Origin: Gammaproteobacteria bacterium
GTDB taxonomy: Bacteria; Pseudomonadota; Gammaproteobacteria; CAJXQU01
DNA: 64,000 nt
Assembly: GCA_965238175.1 (NCBI GenBank)
Contig: CBDEGZ010000003.1
Location: forward strand, 1,920,001 to 1,984,000
Direction: 5' to 3'
Position numbers and translations under genes: made by a program. The notes beneath the pieces are model-generated. The model had not been told where the DNA came from, did no database searches, and saw nothing but the letters and a program-made list of their open reading frames with translations. Below are positions 38,871-49,936 of the stretch, piece after piece (within the stretch, counting starts at the first letter, position 1; each line of letters begins with the position of its first letter).

Positions 38871-41273
38871 CTACAAAAACGAGGGCAAAAATAACGACAG
38901 TTTTATCGATTCAGGTGCGAGGCAAGCAGTTTGGTTACAGGCCTGGATTTGGATAACCATATCGACAGTTCTATCAAACATATTTATTTCTTTTGTTTTC
39001 AGTTTTTTATGATTAAAAATTGAACTAATTTCTATCTTTTCGGTATATAAAGCTAAGGGTTGGTCTTCAAAATCGACGGATTTTAAAAGTGGCGGCGGAT
39101 AATTTGTCGAGCTTATGCTTGACGTTTCTCCAGAATCTAATTTATCAGAATCTAAACTAATACTGGTTGGGATCAAGTTTTCGTGTAGAGGTTTTTCAGC
39201 ATTAATGTGCCAGCCGTCTGCAATGTCCAATGTGATAAGAACATCATATTGATTATTCTTCTCGCTTAAATGATTCATAATTTGACCGGTGATTTTGATC
39301 GCACCTCTTGCTGCAAATTGGGTGTCTCCTGATTCTCCGTTAAGTAGTTCATGCAATTGTCCTAACATATAAGCATACGATCCCGGATACTCGGCGATAT
39401 TGCCTGAGAAGGCTTGTAGAACTTCATGTGCTTTGTCATCATATTGAGGATCACCGATTCGCTTTGTCAGTCTGGACAGTATTCGTACCGCAACTGAATT
39501 TCCGGACGGTGTAGCGCCGTCATGGGTGCTTTTCGGTTGTGCGAATAAAATTTCATCATTGCCCATTAGAAATACGCCTGATTTATGATCCTGAAATTCG
39601 ATGATCATTTCATCGATAATTAACTTCGCGCGTTCTAACCATTTCCGATCACTTGTTACATCGTATAGCGCTAATAGTGCTTCAGAGTAATGTGCATAGT
39701 CATCTTGGCGAGCTGGAATAGATGGTTCGCCGTCCAAATTTACGCGCCATAGTTGATTGGTGGTGTAACGCTGTTTTTCCCATAAGCGTTCAGCAGCTTT
39801 TTCAGCGGCGTCTATATATTTTTTTTCATTAAGAATAGCGCCAGATTCTGCGAGTGCAGTGATCATCATGCCATTCCAAGCGAGGATGATCTTGTTGTCA
39901 GTTAGTGGAGGAATACGCTTTTGACGCGACTCGCGTAGCGTTGTATTGATACGGTCAATTCTAGCCAGTAAATTAGAGAGTGATAGATTTTCCTGGAGAG
40001 CGATATCATTCAGTGATTGCGACAAATGAAAGATGTTTTTACCTTCAAAATTGCCATCGTCTGTCACTCCATATAAGCGAATAATAAATTCAGTGTCTTT
40101 CTGATCAAATAATTTCTCGATTTCTTTTTTGGTCCAGATAAAGAAAGTACCTTCTTCACCCTCACTGTCTGCATCGGTCGCAGAATAAAAAACATCATCT
40201 TCTCGCGTCATTTCCCGGAGGACATAATCCAGTGTTTGACGAGCAACACGCGCATGCAGCGGATTTCCATTTTGCCGCCAGGCTTCTGCATATACACGCG
40301 AAAGGTAGGCTTGGTTGTAGAGCATCTTTTCAAAGTGTGGAACTAACCATTGATTATCAGTGGAATAGTGGTGAAAACCACCACCGATTTGATCATAAAT
40401 GCCACCTTGAGCCATAGCAGTTAAAGTATGTTCTAACGCTTTGTTTTTTTGTCTATTTTCTGGTGTTTTCAGTAGCAATAATAACGAAGATTCATTTGGA
40501 AATTTTGGAGCGCGACTAAAACCACCATCCTGCGGATCATAACGTTTTACAATGCTTTCAACCGCTTGTTGGATAACATTTTGGCCAAGTAATTTAACTT
40601 CGCTACGAGTGGACGTTGCTCTTTTGACGGCATCTGATAATTCTTCTGCTTGTTCAATTATGGCTGCATTTTTCTCTTTCCATGTGTGAGCTACTTTTTG
40701 CAGTAGTTCTGTGAAGTTAGCCGGTGAGAAATAAGTACCTCCAAAAAAAGGTCTACTATCGGGCAATAAGAATGACGACATTGGCCAGCCGCCGCTGCCA
40801 GTCATCATCATGACGGCTGTCATATAGGTTTCATCGATATCTGGATATTGTTCGCGATCAACTTTGATTGAAATAAAATTCTCGTTGAGAAATTTCGCAA
40901 TCGTTTCATCTTCAAAACTTTCTTCCTCCATGACGTGACACCAATGACAAGTGGCGTAACCAATTGAAAGAAACACAGGTTTGTTTTCTTTTTTGGCTTG
41001 ATCGAAGGCTTCTTTTCCCCATGCATACCAGTTCACCGGATTGTGGGCGTGTTGTAATAGATACGGTGAATCTTCGAAGATTAACCGATTTGTATATAGC
41101 GCCTGGTTATTCTCAAGATGACGCGTACGAGGTTTGTAATCAGCACCTTTTTCTCTCAGCCTTTCCGTTATTTTTAAAGTAAGTGTTTCAGAATAATCCA
41201 TAATTCCAGGGTGTGTTTTAGAGAGTGCCATGTGGCAGAAAAATAACAAAATAACGATCAATAAATTCTTCAT
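38871..41273 (-). CDS. DUF255/YyaL (SSP411-like) thioredoxin-domain protein with C-terminal DsbD-N-like domain
   Basis: [30 protein letters not shown]; signal peptide; C-terminal GWHINA...QAC....C..P. Confidence 0.88.
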   Translation of the reverse strand: MKNLLIVILLFFCHMALSKTHPGIMDYSETLTLKITERLREKGADYKPRTRHLENNQALYTNRLIFEDSPYLLQHAHNPVNWYAWGKEAFDQAKKENKPVFLSIGYATCHWCHVMEEESFEDETIAKFLNENFISIKVDREQYPDIDETYMTAVMMMTGSGGWPMSSFLLPDSRPFFGGTYFSPANFTELLQKVAHTWKEKNAAIIEQAEELSDAVKRATSTRSEVKLLGQNVIQQAVESIVKRYDPQDGGFSRAPKFPNESSLLLLLKTPENRQKNKALEHTLTAMAQGGIYDQIGGGFHHYSTDNQWLVPHFEKMLYNQAYLSRVYAEAWRQNGNPLHARVARQTLDYVLREMTREDDVFYSATDADSEGEEGTFFIWTKKEIEKLFDQKDTEFIIRLYGVTDDGNFEGKNIFHLSQSLNDIALQENLSLSNLLARIDRINTTLRESRQKRIPPLTDNKIILAWNGMMITALAESGAILNEKKYIDAAEKAAERLWEKQRYTTNQLWRVNLDGEPSIPARQDDYAHYSEALLALYDVTSDRKWLERAKLIIDEMIIEFQDHKSGVFLMGNDEILFAQPKSTHDGATPSGNSVAVRILSRLTKRIGDPQYDDKAHEVLQAFSGNIAEYPGSYAYMLGQLHELLNGESGDTQFAARGAIKITGQIMNHLSEKNNQYDVLITLDIADGWHINAEKPLHENLIPTSISLDSDKLDSGETSSISSTNYPPPLLKSVDFEDQPLALYTEKIEISSIFNHKKLKTKEINMFDRTVDMVIQIQACNQTACLAPESIKLSLFLPSFL

Positions 41274-41494
41274 TTATTTCCCTTATTTAATTCCTTTGTA
41301 TGAAGAGTCGCTTAAAAATTGATCAGTATTTTCGCTTGCATATTTTGCATTGTAACAAACTCGCCAACCCTACGGTCGAGAAGTTTTCATGACGCTATAA
41401 AGTTTTATTAATATACGCGCCATTTGCTTGACGCAGATGAGGAAAAGTTAGAGTATCTTCTTAGGCAAGCCAACAATAATATTCAATAAGTCTT

Positions 41495-42412
41495 GTGGGA
41501 GGGGAAGTGAATAGGTTCACATTTGATCTGACTAGTATTTTTCGGGAAGAGTCGGATCATGAAATTGATGATCATTTTCATCGACAGATACAGTTCTCAT
41601 TAGCGAATGGTATAACAGCAATTGTTATCGCCACTATTTTATGGTCTTTTGTCACCCCTAAATGGTTATTAACCTGGCTAAGTTTAGTTTTTTTGGTTTC
41701 TACCTTTCGCGTGTTACTCGTTTATTTTTATGAAGAAAAAGAACAACCCGTCAGGGATGTTGAAAGTTGGCACATTGCAGTATTAGTTTTAATACTTCTC
41801 ATGGGAATTATTTGGGGGAGTCTGGTTTATATATATGATCCCAATTGGCCGGTGCTGCAGCAAGCTTCGGTAGTTTGTGTACTGGCCGTTGTAGTATTTG
41901 GTGCGATCCCAGCTTATGCAGCCGTTATGCAGGTATATATCATTTCTCTTATTGCGATTTTGAGTCCTTTTGCTGCCGTTTATCTGTATTCAAATCATGA
42001 TGATTTTTTGTTCAATGGATCTGTTCTACTTATTTTGAGTACAGTGCTTGTGATTTTGGCAAAACTTTATCACCGACTGTTGGCTAATGGTGTCGCAGAA
42101 ACCCCTGACAACATATGTTTTATCGATGTAAATGGATCGATGGAAGATAAGGTAGTTCAGAATAACTCACAAGCATCTTTATTGAAAAGTGACGTTGATG
42201 AATTATTACCTGCACAAATAATGGCTATAGATGAGGGTTCTGACATTGTCGCTAAACTTAATATAGATCCGACAAATATAATGCAGGCTCGGATAAATCC
42301 TAAAGTAGGATCTGGCCGCCACTTTACATATACGGATATTGCACCAGACGGACAGACATCAATTTGCTTGGAATGTTTGCAGAATAGTGTCAGGAATCGA
42401 ACAGGGTCTTAG
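41495..42412 (+). CDS. Multi-TM sensor-like membrane protein without recognisable output domain
   Basis: About 6 TM helices resembling GGDEF/kinase N-terminal modules; 3' end overlaps ybgC by 54 bp. Confidence 0.55.
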   Translation: MGGEVNRFTFDLTSIFREESDHEIDDHFHRQIQFSLANGITAIVIATILWSFVTPKWLLTWLSLVFLVSTFRVLLVYFYEEKEQPVRDVESWHIAVLVLILLMGIIWGSLVYIYDPNWPVLQQASVVCVLAVVVFGAIPAYAAVMQVYIISLIAILSPFAAVYLYSNHDDFLFNGSVLLILSTVLVILAKLYHRLLANGVAETPDNICFIDVNGSMEDKVVQNNSQASLLKSDVDELLPAQIMAIDEGSDIVAKLNIDPTNIMQARINPKVGSGRHFTYTDIAPDGQTSICLECLQNSVRNRTGS

Positions 42413-42769
42413 GGTTTTTGTGTCCACACAAACAACCGTTACGGTCGCTTGATTAAGAGTGATCTCTTCTTCATTAGTACGATAAATTTTCTGAGCAAAA
42501 TGAAAGCTTGAACGTTTGAAAGATGTGGTTTCAGAGGTGATGGTTAACAGATCGCTATATTTTGCCGGTAATAAATAATCTAGCTTAACTGTTCTGACCA
42601 CGAACATGATGCCCAGCTCGTTCATTAAATCGTCTTGTTGAAAACCTGCTGCGCGTAGATGTTCGGTTCTTGCGCGTTCATAAAAACGCAGGTAATTCGC
42701 ATAATAAACAATGCCCATCGTATCAACATCTTCGTGATAGATCCTTACTGGCCAAGTAAATTTCCGCAT
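42359..42769 (-). CDS. ybgC: YbgC-family acyl-CoA thioesterase
   Basis: VRIY.ED.D..G.VYYANYL.F.ERARTE. Confidence 0.85.
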   Translation of the reverse strand: MRKFTWPVRIYHEDVDTMGIVYYANYLRFYERARTEHLRAAGFQQDDLMNELGIMFVVRTVKLDYLLPAKYSDLLTITSETTSFKRSSFHFAQKIYRTNEEEITLNQATVTVVCVDTKTLRPCSIPDTILQTFQAN

Positions 42770-42778
42770 GCTTTTTCC

Positions 42779-43795
42779 TCAGAGAATTGCCAGTTTGGAG
42801 CTGGCACCGGGTTTCTCCCAAACTAGCTTTGGAACCAGATAACCAGGTAATTGATCACGTATATTCCGCATTAATTCTATTGCATCTTCACGTTCGATAT
42901 TGAAATGAGCGGCTCCCTGAACAGGATCCAATAAATGAAGATAATAAGGCATCACATTAATTTCAAACAATTTATCACTCAAATCAACCAGTGATTTCAC
43001 CGTATCGTTTATGCCGCGTAATAAAACAGATTGGTTTAATAAGGTGACACCAGTTTGAGTCAGTTTATCCATTGCTATTTGAAGCTTATGATCAATCTCA
43101 TTGGCGTGGTTGGCATGGATCACCATGACTACTTTTTGTTTGGCAGAGTTGAGCATATCAAGGAAATGATCATCGATTCGTTCAGGTAAAACCACCGGCA
43201 TTCGTGTGTGTATGCGTAATCTTTTTACGTGTGGGATTTTATTGATCTCTGCAATCAAAACGGCCAGTTTTTTATCTGTAAGCGATAGAGGATCTCCACC
43301 ACTAAGTAACACTTCATTGATCGAACCCGTATTGGCAATATAGTCAATCGCTGCTTGCCATTGACCTGTTGAAGGATTTGACTCGCCATAGGGAAAATGT
43401 CGGCGGAAACAATATCTGCAATGAATTCCACATGCCCCGGTTGTGACTAAAAGTGCTCTTCCTTGATATTTATGTAAAACACCAGAGACCACTTCTGAAG
43501 CCAGATCACCAACAGGATCATTGATAAATCCAATCTTTTCGATATTTTCTTTTGCCAGCGGAAGCACTTGCAATAATAGCGGATCATTCGGATCACCTTT
43601 TTTCATCTTTTCAGCGAAACCAGCAGGTACGCGCAAACGAAAATCAGGTTGAATATCTAGCAGTTGGGCTAAAGGGGATTCATGTAAATCCAATTGATGA
43701 AGTAACTCTATCGGGCTGGAAATCGCGTTTGCCAGTAGTTTTTGCCATTTAGACTGAAAATCAGTGGCTGTTCGGGTTATTATAGCGTTCTTCAT
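42779..43795 (-). CDS. epmB: EF-P beta-lysylation lysine 2,3-aminomutase
   Basis: Radical SAM C...CRYCFRRHFPY, SGGDPL, NQSVLLRG; divergent from efp. Confidence 0.93.
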   Translation of the reverse strand: MKNAIITRTATDFQSKWQKLLANAISSPIELLHQLDLHESPLAQLLDIQPDFRLRVPAGFAEKMKKGDPNDPLLLQVLPLAKENIEKIGFINDPVGDLASEVVSGVLHKYQGRALLVTTGACGIHCRYCFRRHFPYGESNPSTGQWQAAIDYIANTGSINEVLLSGGDPLSLTDKKLAVLIAEINKIPHVKRLRIHTRMPVVLPERIDDHFLDMLNSAKQKVVMVIHANHANEIDHKLQIAMDKLTQTGVTLLNQSVLLRGINDTVKSLVDLSDKLFEINVMPYYLHLLDPVQGAAHFNIEREDAIELMRNIRDQLPGYLVPKLVWEKPGASSKLAIL

Positions 43796-43817
43796 TTGAA
43801 AGAGATTAACAAAAATA

Positions 43818-44387
43818 ATGGCTAAATACGCAACTAATCAGTTCAAATCAGGGCTAAAATTGATGATTGATGGCGATCCATACACGATTGTAGAAAATGA
43901 AATCGTAAAGCCAGGCAAAGGACAAGCATTCAATCGCATTAAGATCCGAAATCTGAAAACAGGTCGCGTTATCGAACGTACCTATAAATCAGGTGAATCA
44001 GTGGAAGGAGCGGATGTTATGGATGTTGAGCTGGAATATCTGTATTCAGATGGGGAATTCTGGCATTTTATGGATCCAAAAAGTTTCGAACAAATACAAG
44101 CCTCTGCAATGGCGATGGAAGATGCTAAGCAGTGGTTAAAAGGGCAGGAAACCTGTGAAGTAACTCTCTGGAATGGCGATCCTTTATCGGTAACAGCGCC
44201 AAACTTTGTTGAATTACAAATCACAGAAACTGATCCCGGGCTTCGAGGTGATACAGCTTCAGGAGGTAGTAAGCCAGCGACGTTGGAAACCGGTGCCATA
44301 GTTCGGGTACCTTTATTTGTAGATCAAGATGAGTTGATCAGGGTAGATACAAGAACGGGTGAATATGTTTCGCGAGTAAAAGAGTAA
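43818..44387 (+). CDS. efp: Elongation factor P
   Basis: [23 protein letters not shown] motifs. Confidence 0.97.
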   Translation: MAKYATNQFKSGLKLMIDGDPYTIVENEIVKPGKGQAFNRIKIRNLKTGRVIERTYKSGESVEGADVMDVELEYLYSDGEFWHFMDPKSFEQIQASAMAMEDAKQWLKGQETCEVTLWNGDPLSVTAPNFVELQITETDPGLRGDTASGGSKPATLETGAIVRVPLFVDQDELIRVDTRTGEYVSRVKE

Positions 44388-44436
44388 AAGTATTAAATTA
44401 GTATATTGTCCTTCTGTGGAGTGAAAATTTTTCAAG

Positions 44437-45330
44437 TTGACTGATGTGCTGAAGGAACGGGCAACTCTGCTCACTCAAATAAGACGTTTTTTTGAAGAAA
44501 AAGATGTCCTCGAAGTGGAGACCCCACTTTTGGGGAAAACAGGTGTTTGTGATCCGCATTTGCATAATCTGTCTACGACAATAACTGATCAGAAATATTA
44601 CTTGCAAACTTCACCAGAATTTGCGATGAAACGATTATTGGCTTCAGGTTCTGGTTCTATCTATCAGATTTGTAAGGCCTTTCGTAACGACGAACAAGGC
44701 CGCTTACATAATCCTGAATTCACTCTGCTTGAATGGTATCGGGAAGGTTTCGATTACCTTCAACTAATGGATGAGATTGAAGAGTTGATTCTGGGACTTA
44801 CAGGCTTAAAGGAAATTAAGCGAATAACTTATCGAGATGCATTTTTAAAAACGACCAAAATTGATCCATTTATAGCGACGACTAAAGAGCTGGCGAAAAT
44901 TGCTGAAAGTGTCTCCGGAAATCTGACAAGAAATGATCTCCTGGATTTGATCCTGGTAGACAAAGTTCTTCTAAAATTAGATAAAGCATTTTTCCTTTAT
45001 GACTACCCAGAGGATCAGGCCGCCATGGCAAAACTACGAGGCAATGTTTCTGAGCGATTCGAATTGATCATAAATGGTATTGAGTTGGCTAATGGCTACA
45101 CAGAGTTGATCGATTCTGTCGAACAGGAAAAACGATTCGAAAATGAAAATAAACAAAGACAGAAACAGGGAATAGAACAGATGCAAATTGATCAAAAATT
45201 ACTATCAGCGATGGCTGATGGAATACCGAACTGCGCTGGTGTTGCACTGGGTCTTGATCGATTGTTAATGATTGTTCTTGAGAAAAATGCGTTAGCAGAG
45301 GTTTTACCATTTCCAATCGAGAATACTTAA
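44437..45330 (+). CDS. epmA: EF-P lysyl ligase
   Basis: LQTSPEFAMKRLL, HNPEFT.LEWY, GVALG.DRL; no anticodon-binding domain. Confidence 0.94.
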   Translation: MTDVLKERATLLTQIRRFFEEKDVLEVETPLLGKTGVCDPHLHNLSTTITDQKYYLQTSPEFAMKRLLASGSGSIYQICKAFRNDEQGRLHNPEFTLLEWYREGFDYLQLMDEIEELILGLTGLKEIKRITYRDAFLKTTKIDPFIATTKELAKIAESVSGNLTRNDLLDLILVDKVLLKLDKAFFLYDYPEDQAAMAKLRGNVSERFELIINGIELANGYTELIDSVEQEKRFENENKQRQKQGIEQMQIDQKLLSAMADGIPNCAGVALGLDRLLMIVLEKNALAEVLPFPIENT

Positions 45331-45331
45331 G

Positions 45332-47281
45332 ATGAAAACCCCATCAGAAGTACTCAGTAAAACAGGGCCTGTCGCAAACAGTATTGAAGGCTTTTCTCCT
45401 CGGTTGCAACAACAAGAAATGGCTGATCAGATCGGTGAAGTCTTAGCACAAAATGGCATTTTGATCGGTGAAGCAGGCACGGGCACGGGTAAGACCTTCG
45501 CTTATTTGGTACCTGCTCTTATGTCCGGTAAGAAAGTCATAATTTCAACCGGAACAAAACACCTTCAAGATCAACTTTATCATCGGGATCTTCCAGTCAT
45601 CAGAGATGCGTTGAAATTACCGATCAGTATTGCATTATTAAAAGGTCGCGCTAATTATCTGTGTCTGAACCGCCTGGGAGAAGCCGGTGGTCAAGGCAAC
45701 CCAATGACTTCCAAACTTTATGTGCAACTGACGAGCATCAAGGAGTGGGCAGAAAAAACCACCGTTGGGGATGTGTCAGAATTAAGTTCTGTACCTGAAG
45801 ACTCGATGATTTGGCCGATGGTTACCTCAAACGCCGATAATTGTCTTGGCCAAGAATGTCCGCAATTTAGCGATTGTCATGTCTATAAAGCACGCAAAGA
45901 GGCTAATGATGCTGATGTTTTAGTTGTCAACCATCATCTATTCATGGCAGATATGTCGTTACGTGAAGGTGGTTTTGGTGAAGTTCTACCCGGCGCTGAA
46001 GCTGTGATTTTTGACGAAGCGCATCAGTTGCACGATATTGCCTCTCAATTTTTTGGAAGCAGTGTAACCAGCCGACAGTTATTGGATCTCTCGAGAGATG
46101 TATTTGTTGCTTATCTACGAGAAGCATCGGATATGCCAGACATTGAGGACGCAGGAAATGATCTAGAAAAACTGGCAAAAGACTTTCGTTTAGCCCTGGG
46201 ACGAGCGAAGCAAAGGGCCCCCTGGCATGAGATAAAAAACAAACCGGATGTAAAACTTGGTTTAAATGACTTGATCGAGGGTTTGCAGATCTTAAGAGAC
46301 TGCCTGAAGCCGGCGGCAGAAAGAGGGCGGGCTATCGAAAATTGCTTAATACGAACGGAATCTTTACTTGGACGATTAAGATTATTTTCTGATCAGCAGC
46401 AGGCAGAAAAGACGAGTGATACGGATCAGCCAGGTTCAGAAGATACGATCCAATGGTTCGAAACCTATCAACGTGCTTTTGTTTTAAACATTACGCCACT
46501 AGAGATCTCGAGCGTTTTTCAAGCACGTCGGCAAAGTTATCAGTGTGCCTGGGTTTTCACTTCTGCAACTTTGGCTGTGGGAGAAAATTTTAAGTATTTC
46601 ACTCACCGGCTTGGTTTGGATGATGCCGTGACCAAGCTTTGGGACAGTCCTTTTGATTATCCTAACCAGGCCCTATTGTATCTCCCTAAACTGGGTGTAG
46701 AGCCTAATCATCCATCGTATACACAAGCCGTTGTCAATTTCTCAATTCCTGTTTTACAGGCGAGTCAGGGCAGGGCATTTGTGCTTTTCACTAGCCATCG
46801 GGCATTAAAAGAAGCTGCAGAATTATTTGCCGATAAGCTCGATTTTACTTTGCTAATTCAGGGTGAAGCTCCTAAAGCGGAGTTGCTCGAACGTTTCAGG
46901 AATACGCCTTCAGCTGTGCTGTTAGGCACAAGCAGTTTTTGGGAAGGCGTTGATGTTCGTGGTGAAGCCTTATCTTGTGTGATTATCGACAAGTTACCTT
47001 TCGCTTCAATGGGTGAACCGGTAATGCAAGCACGACTGGATGCAATGCGTAAACAAGGCAAAAATCCATTTATGGAATACCAATTGCCTGAAGCGGTAAT
47101 TACGCTTAAACAAGGTGTGGGACGTTTGATCCGGGATGTGAATGATTCGGGTGTGTTGATGATTTGTGATCCACGGATAGCAACTAAATCCTATGGTAAA
47201 ACTTTCTTGTCTTCATTACCTGCGATGCGTAGGGTGAATGATCAATCAGAGGTGGATTATTTTTTTAAAAGTAATAAATGA
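45332..47281 (+). CDS. yoaA: DinG/XPD-family ATP-dependent DNA helicase
   Basis: EAGTGTGKT, Fe-S Cys residues, DEAH, FWEGVDV, QGVGRLIR. Confidence 0.9.
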   Translation: MKTPSEVLSKTGPVANSIEGFSPRLQQQEMADQIGEVLAQNGILIGEAGTGTGKTFAYLVPALMSGKKVIISTGTKHLQDQLYHRDLPVIRDALKLPISIALLKGRANYLCLNRLGEAGGQGNPMTSKLYVQLTSIKEWAEKTTVGDVSELSSVPEDSMIWPMVTSNADNCLGQECPQFSDCHVYKARKEANDADVLVVNHHLFMADMSLREGGFGEVLPGAEAVIFDEAHQLHDIASQFFGSSVTSRQLLDLSRDVFVAYLREASDMPDIEDAGNDLEKLAKDFRLALGRAKQRAPWHEIKNKPDVKLGLNDLIEGLQILRDCLKPAAERGRAIENCLIRTESLLGRLRLFSDQQQAEKTSDTDQPGSEDTIQWFETYQRAFVLNITPLEISSVFQARRQSYQCAWVFTSATLAVGENFKYFTHRLGLDDAVTKLWDSPFDYPNQALLYLPKLGVEPNHPSYTQAVVNFSIPVLQASQGRAFVLFTSHRALKEAAELFADKLDFTLLIQGEAPKAELLERFRNTPSAVLLGTSSFWEGVDVRGEALSCVIIDKLPFASMGEPVMQARLDAMRKQGKNPFMEYQLPEAVITLKQGVGRLIRDVNDSGVLMICDPRIATKSYGKTFLSSLPAMRRVNDQSEVDYFFKSNK

Positions 47282-47425
47282 ATTAAGAGGATGCTTGAGC
47301 GTTATTTTGTTTACTATCAGTTGTTATTAATTTCAGGAAATAAAAGAATCGAATTTTTGATCGTAATTCTTCTTTATGAATATTACCTCAAGATTTACTC
47401 ACTTCATATTCCGAGAAATATAATA

Positions 47426-48367
47426 TTAGTGAATAAAGAATTTTGATTTTTTAAAAGAGTCTATTAAGTAAGTTCCAATAAATGCAAACAATGCCGCTAA
47501 TGCAAATAACCAGCGGATGTCTGTAGTATTCGTTTTTGGAATACTGAGAGCACTGGCTTTCATCTCATCGGATAAATCTTCTGCACTTCCAAGACGATGA
47601 TAAAGCAGGCCTGTTTTATCAGCTAACCCTTCCAGATAAGTTTCTCGTAATGAAGACAAATGCTCGGTGCCTGTGGTTATTGCATCAGCTCCAGCATTTG
47701 CTTGGGTATAAACGTCGGTATGTTGTACATCTTCTTGTTTCCAGAAGCCTTCTTCTTTACCGGTTTTCTTATTAAATTTTGGAATTGAGACGAGCTCATT
47801 TCCTCCGACGCCAACAATCAAACCATTAATGTCTCCTAGCTCACCAGTGAAACGTGGTGGAATTTCAGGGTTTATCGGCGGTGACTCATGGCCGTCGGTT
47901 ATGAATACGAGGCGAGTGGTTTGATCTAATTTTCCAAGCAACTTAATACTTTTAAATAGCCCTTTCGCAATTTCGCTACGTGCTTTCCATGTCATACGCC
48001 AATCGATGTTGTTAACCATAGCGGATAGTTCGCGATGGCTGTTACAAATTTCAATAGGGGTGATTAATAAAAATGCACGATGTCCGGTAAATAATGCCAG
48101 ACCAGCTTCGGTTCCACAGGGCATTTCCGATAGCGTCTCTAACGTCACTTTTTTTGCGTATTCCAGGCGGCTGATAGATTGATCAGTTTCTGGAACATCC
48201 ATGACATTCATGCTTTGTGATATATCAAAAACAAAAACATATCGATAGGCGGGGCGTTCTAACTCAAGGGAGGGTTTCGTGAAAGTTATAGCAAGTAGCA
48301 GTAATGCAATAAGCATTAATATTACTTGTGGTCTATGTAAAATTATAGGTAGCATATTCATAGACAA
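47426..48367 (-). CDS. mxaL: MxaL-like vWA protein
   Basis: DISQSMNV.D, PCG, ITDGHE.PP, EHLSSLRE.YL motifs; last gene of the mxaRSACKL array. Confidence 0.8.
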   Translation of the reverse strand: MSMNMLPIILHRPQVILMLIALLLLAITFTKPSLELERPAYRYVFVFDISQSMNVMDVPETDQSISRLEYAKKVTLETLSEMPCGTEAGLALFTGHRAFLLITPIEICNSHRELSAMVNNIDWRMTWKARSEIAKGLFKSIKLLGKLDQTTRLVFITDGHESPPINPEIPPRFTGELGDINGLIVGVGGNELVSIPKFNKKTGKEEGFWKQEDVQHTDVYTQANAGADAITTGTEHLSSLRETYLEGLADKTGLLYHRLGSAEDLSDEMKASALSIPKTNTTDIRWLFALAALFAFIGTYLIDSFKKSKFFIH

Positions 48368-48389
48368 TTATCGATTAATAGACTCACAC

Positions 48390-48941
48390 TCACGGTAAAT
48401 TATCCTCAGTATCCGAGGAGAGAACAGTACGTGCAGCTCTTCTTGCACCTTCAACTTTTTCGCTGACGAATTCACTGGCATCGGGGAGTATTTGTAGCGC
48501 GCGTTCGAGGTTGTATTTTGCTCCCCAATGTTGGCTATCTATCATAAGTAATTTACGGTAATTAGTTTTTGCCAGTTCAACTAAAGGCATTGCGCGATCA
48601 GCATCTTTTTTTAGATCTTCTGCTAATGCTTGTTGCAAATAAGTATTAGCCATATTAAACATGGCGTTTAAGCGTAATGTTTTGTCATTTTCAATATTTT
48701 CTAGTTTGGCGTAAGTAATGCGCGCTTCTTGATAAAAACCTTGTTGTTGTTGGCCATACGCTTTAGCAAATAATCCGTTAGAGCCTTTATAATTCTCACC
48801 AGCTTCAAGAAAATTATTTTCTTGAATTGCGCTGTTGTAGTTTTGGATTTGATTCCATTGCTCAAACTCATAGATCAATGCCGTGCCGGACAATAAGGCA
48901 ATCACAATACAAAAAATCATCAAAGGTTGTTTTAGCGCCAT
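48390..48941 (-). CDS. mxaK: MxaK-like TPR protein
   Basis: FN.AN.YL...PL.ELAK..YR......W.AKYNLERAL; start at the ATG at 48941. Confidence 0.8.
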   Translation of the reverse strand: MALKQPLMIFCIVIALLSGTALIYEFEQWNQIQNYNSAIQENNFLEAGENYKGSNGLFAKAYGQQQQGFYQEARITYAKLENIENDKTLRLNAMFNMANTYLQQALAEDLKKDADRAMPLVELAKTNYRKLLMIDSQHWGAKYNLERALQILPDASEFVSEKVEGARRAARTVLSSDTEDNLP

Positions 48942-49936
48942 CGTTGGATCTCGAATAATTTTGCAGCAGTTAATAAAAATAATAATGTAAAAGCTATCCC
49001 ATAACACCAGTTTGATAGATCGCGTTTTGGAATAATATCTTGATAATGGATCGGTAAATTTTGTAGCTTACCTACTTCAATTACAGCATCATTTAATGCA
49101 TCAGGGTTTTCTACTGAATATGCCCGGTAGGGTGACTTCATGTCAGAAAAAAACTTGTGTACAACTTGTTCAGGTGTGGATTTTTCTTTATTATCTATTT
49201 CTTCAAACAGATTTGGCCCATTATAGCCTCGTAAATAAAACCAGTATAAAGTGACTCGATGCTTTTCCATTAAGTATTTTATTTTTTCCTGAGCAACCAT
49301 TGAAAGTCGGGCAGCCCCATCTGAAACTAACATCAAAATACGCGAACCTGCGAATGGTTTGTCTTCAAAAAATTCCAAGGATCGAATTAAGCCTGCGGCA
49401 AGATCTGTTGAAGCAAGTCCTTTCTCAATGCTTCCTGCCGCTATTGCTGCTTGAACGAGGTCTTGTTTTTCTGTCAATGGTAATACTGCAATTGGGTTAC
49501 CGCTAAATACAAATAAAGAAAACATGTCTTGCTGTCGTTGTGATGCATAGTCAGCGAGTATACGACGTGCAGTTTGACCCTTAGATTCATAAGTCCCAAA
49601 TTTTGCCGCACTTTCAGCTGCCGTCTTATTCTTTTTTTTATCGTAAAAGGGTTTGTCCATACTGCCACTACTATCTAACAATAAAACAGTTTGCGCACCT
49701 TGACCAATTCGTTCAATCTTTTTTTCAGATTGAAAAAAACCAGAGATCCCAAAAACAAGCGCAGCAATACAAAGTGAGGCTAGCAGGCGTAGCAAAAGAT
49801 TGGCTAGATCAGAAGTACGATCCGTTGGGAGTAATGCTAAAGATGAGTATGCAACACTTTTTTGACCGTGAAATAAAAACGGTAATAAAGCTAGCGGTAA
49901 TAACATTAAACCTAAATGATGAGCAAAACCAAACAT
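48932..49936 (-). CDS. mxaC: MxaC-like vWA protein
   Basis: G.GA..VLL.D.S.SM, GSR...LVSDG; ATG at 49936 overlaps the mxaA stop (ATGA). Confidence 0.82.
   Translation of the reverse strand: MFGFAHHLGLMLLPLALLPFLFHGQKSVAYSSLALLPTDRTSDLANLLLRLLASLCIAALVFGISGFFQSEKKIERIGQGAQTVLLLDSSGSMDKPFYDKKKNKTAAESAAKFGTYESKGQTARRILADYASQRQQDMFSLFVFSGNPIAVLPLTEKQDLVQAAIAAGSIEKGLASTDLAAGLIRSLEFFEDKPFAGSRILMLVSDGAARLSMVAQEKIKYLMEKHRVTLYWFYLRGYNGPNLFEEIDNKEKSTPEQVVHKFFSDMKSPYRAYSVENPDALNDAVIEVGKLQNLPIHYQDIIPKRDLSNWCYGIAFTLLFLLTAAKLFEIQRWR

Noticed and set aside
42359-42769. ybgC as a marker of a tol-pal operon
   Set aside because: No tolQRAB/pal genes adjacent; it simply follows epmB
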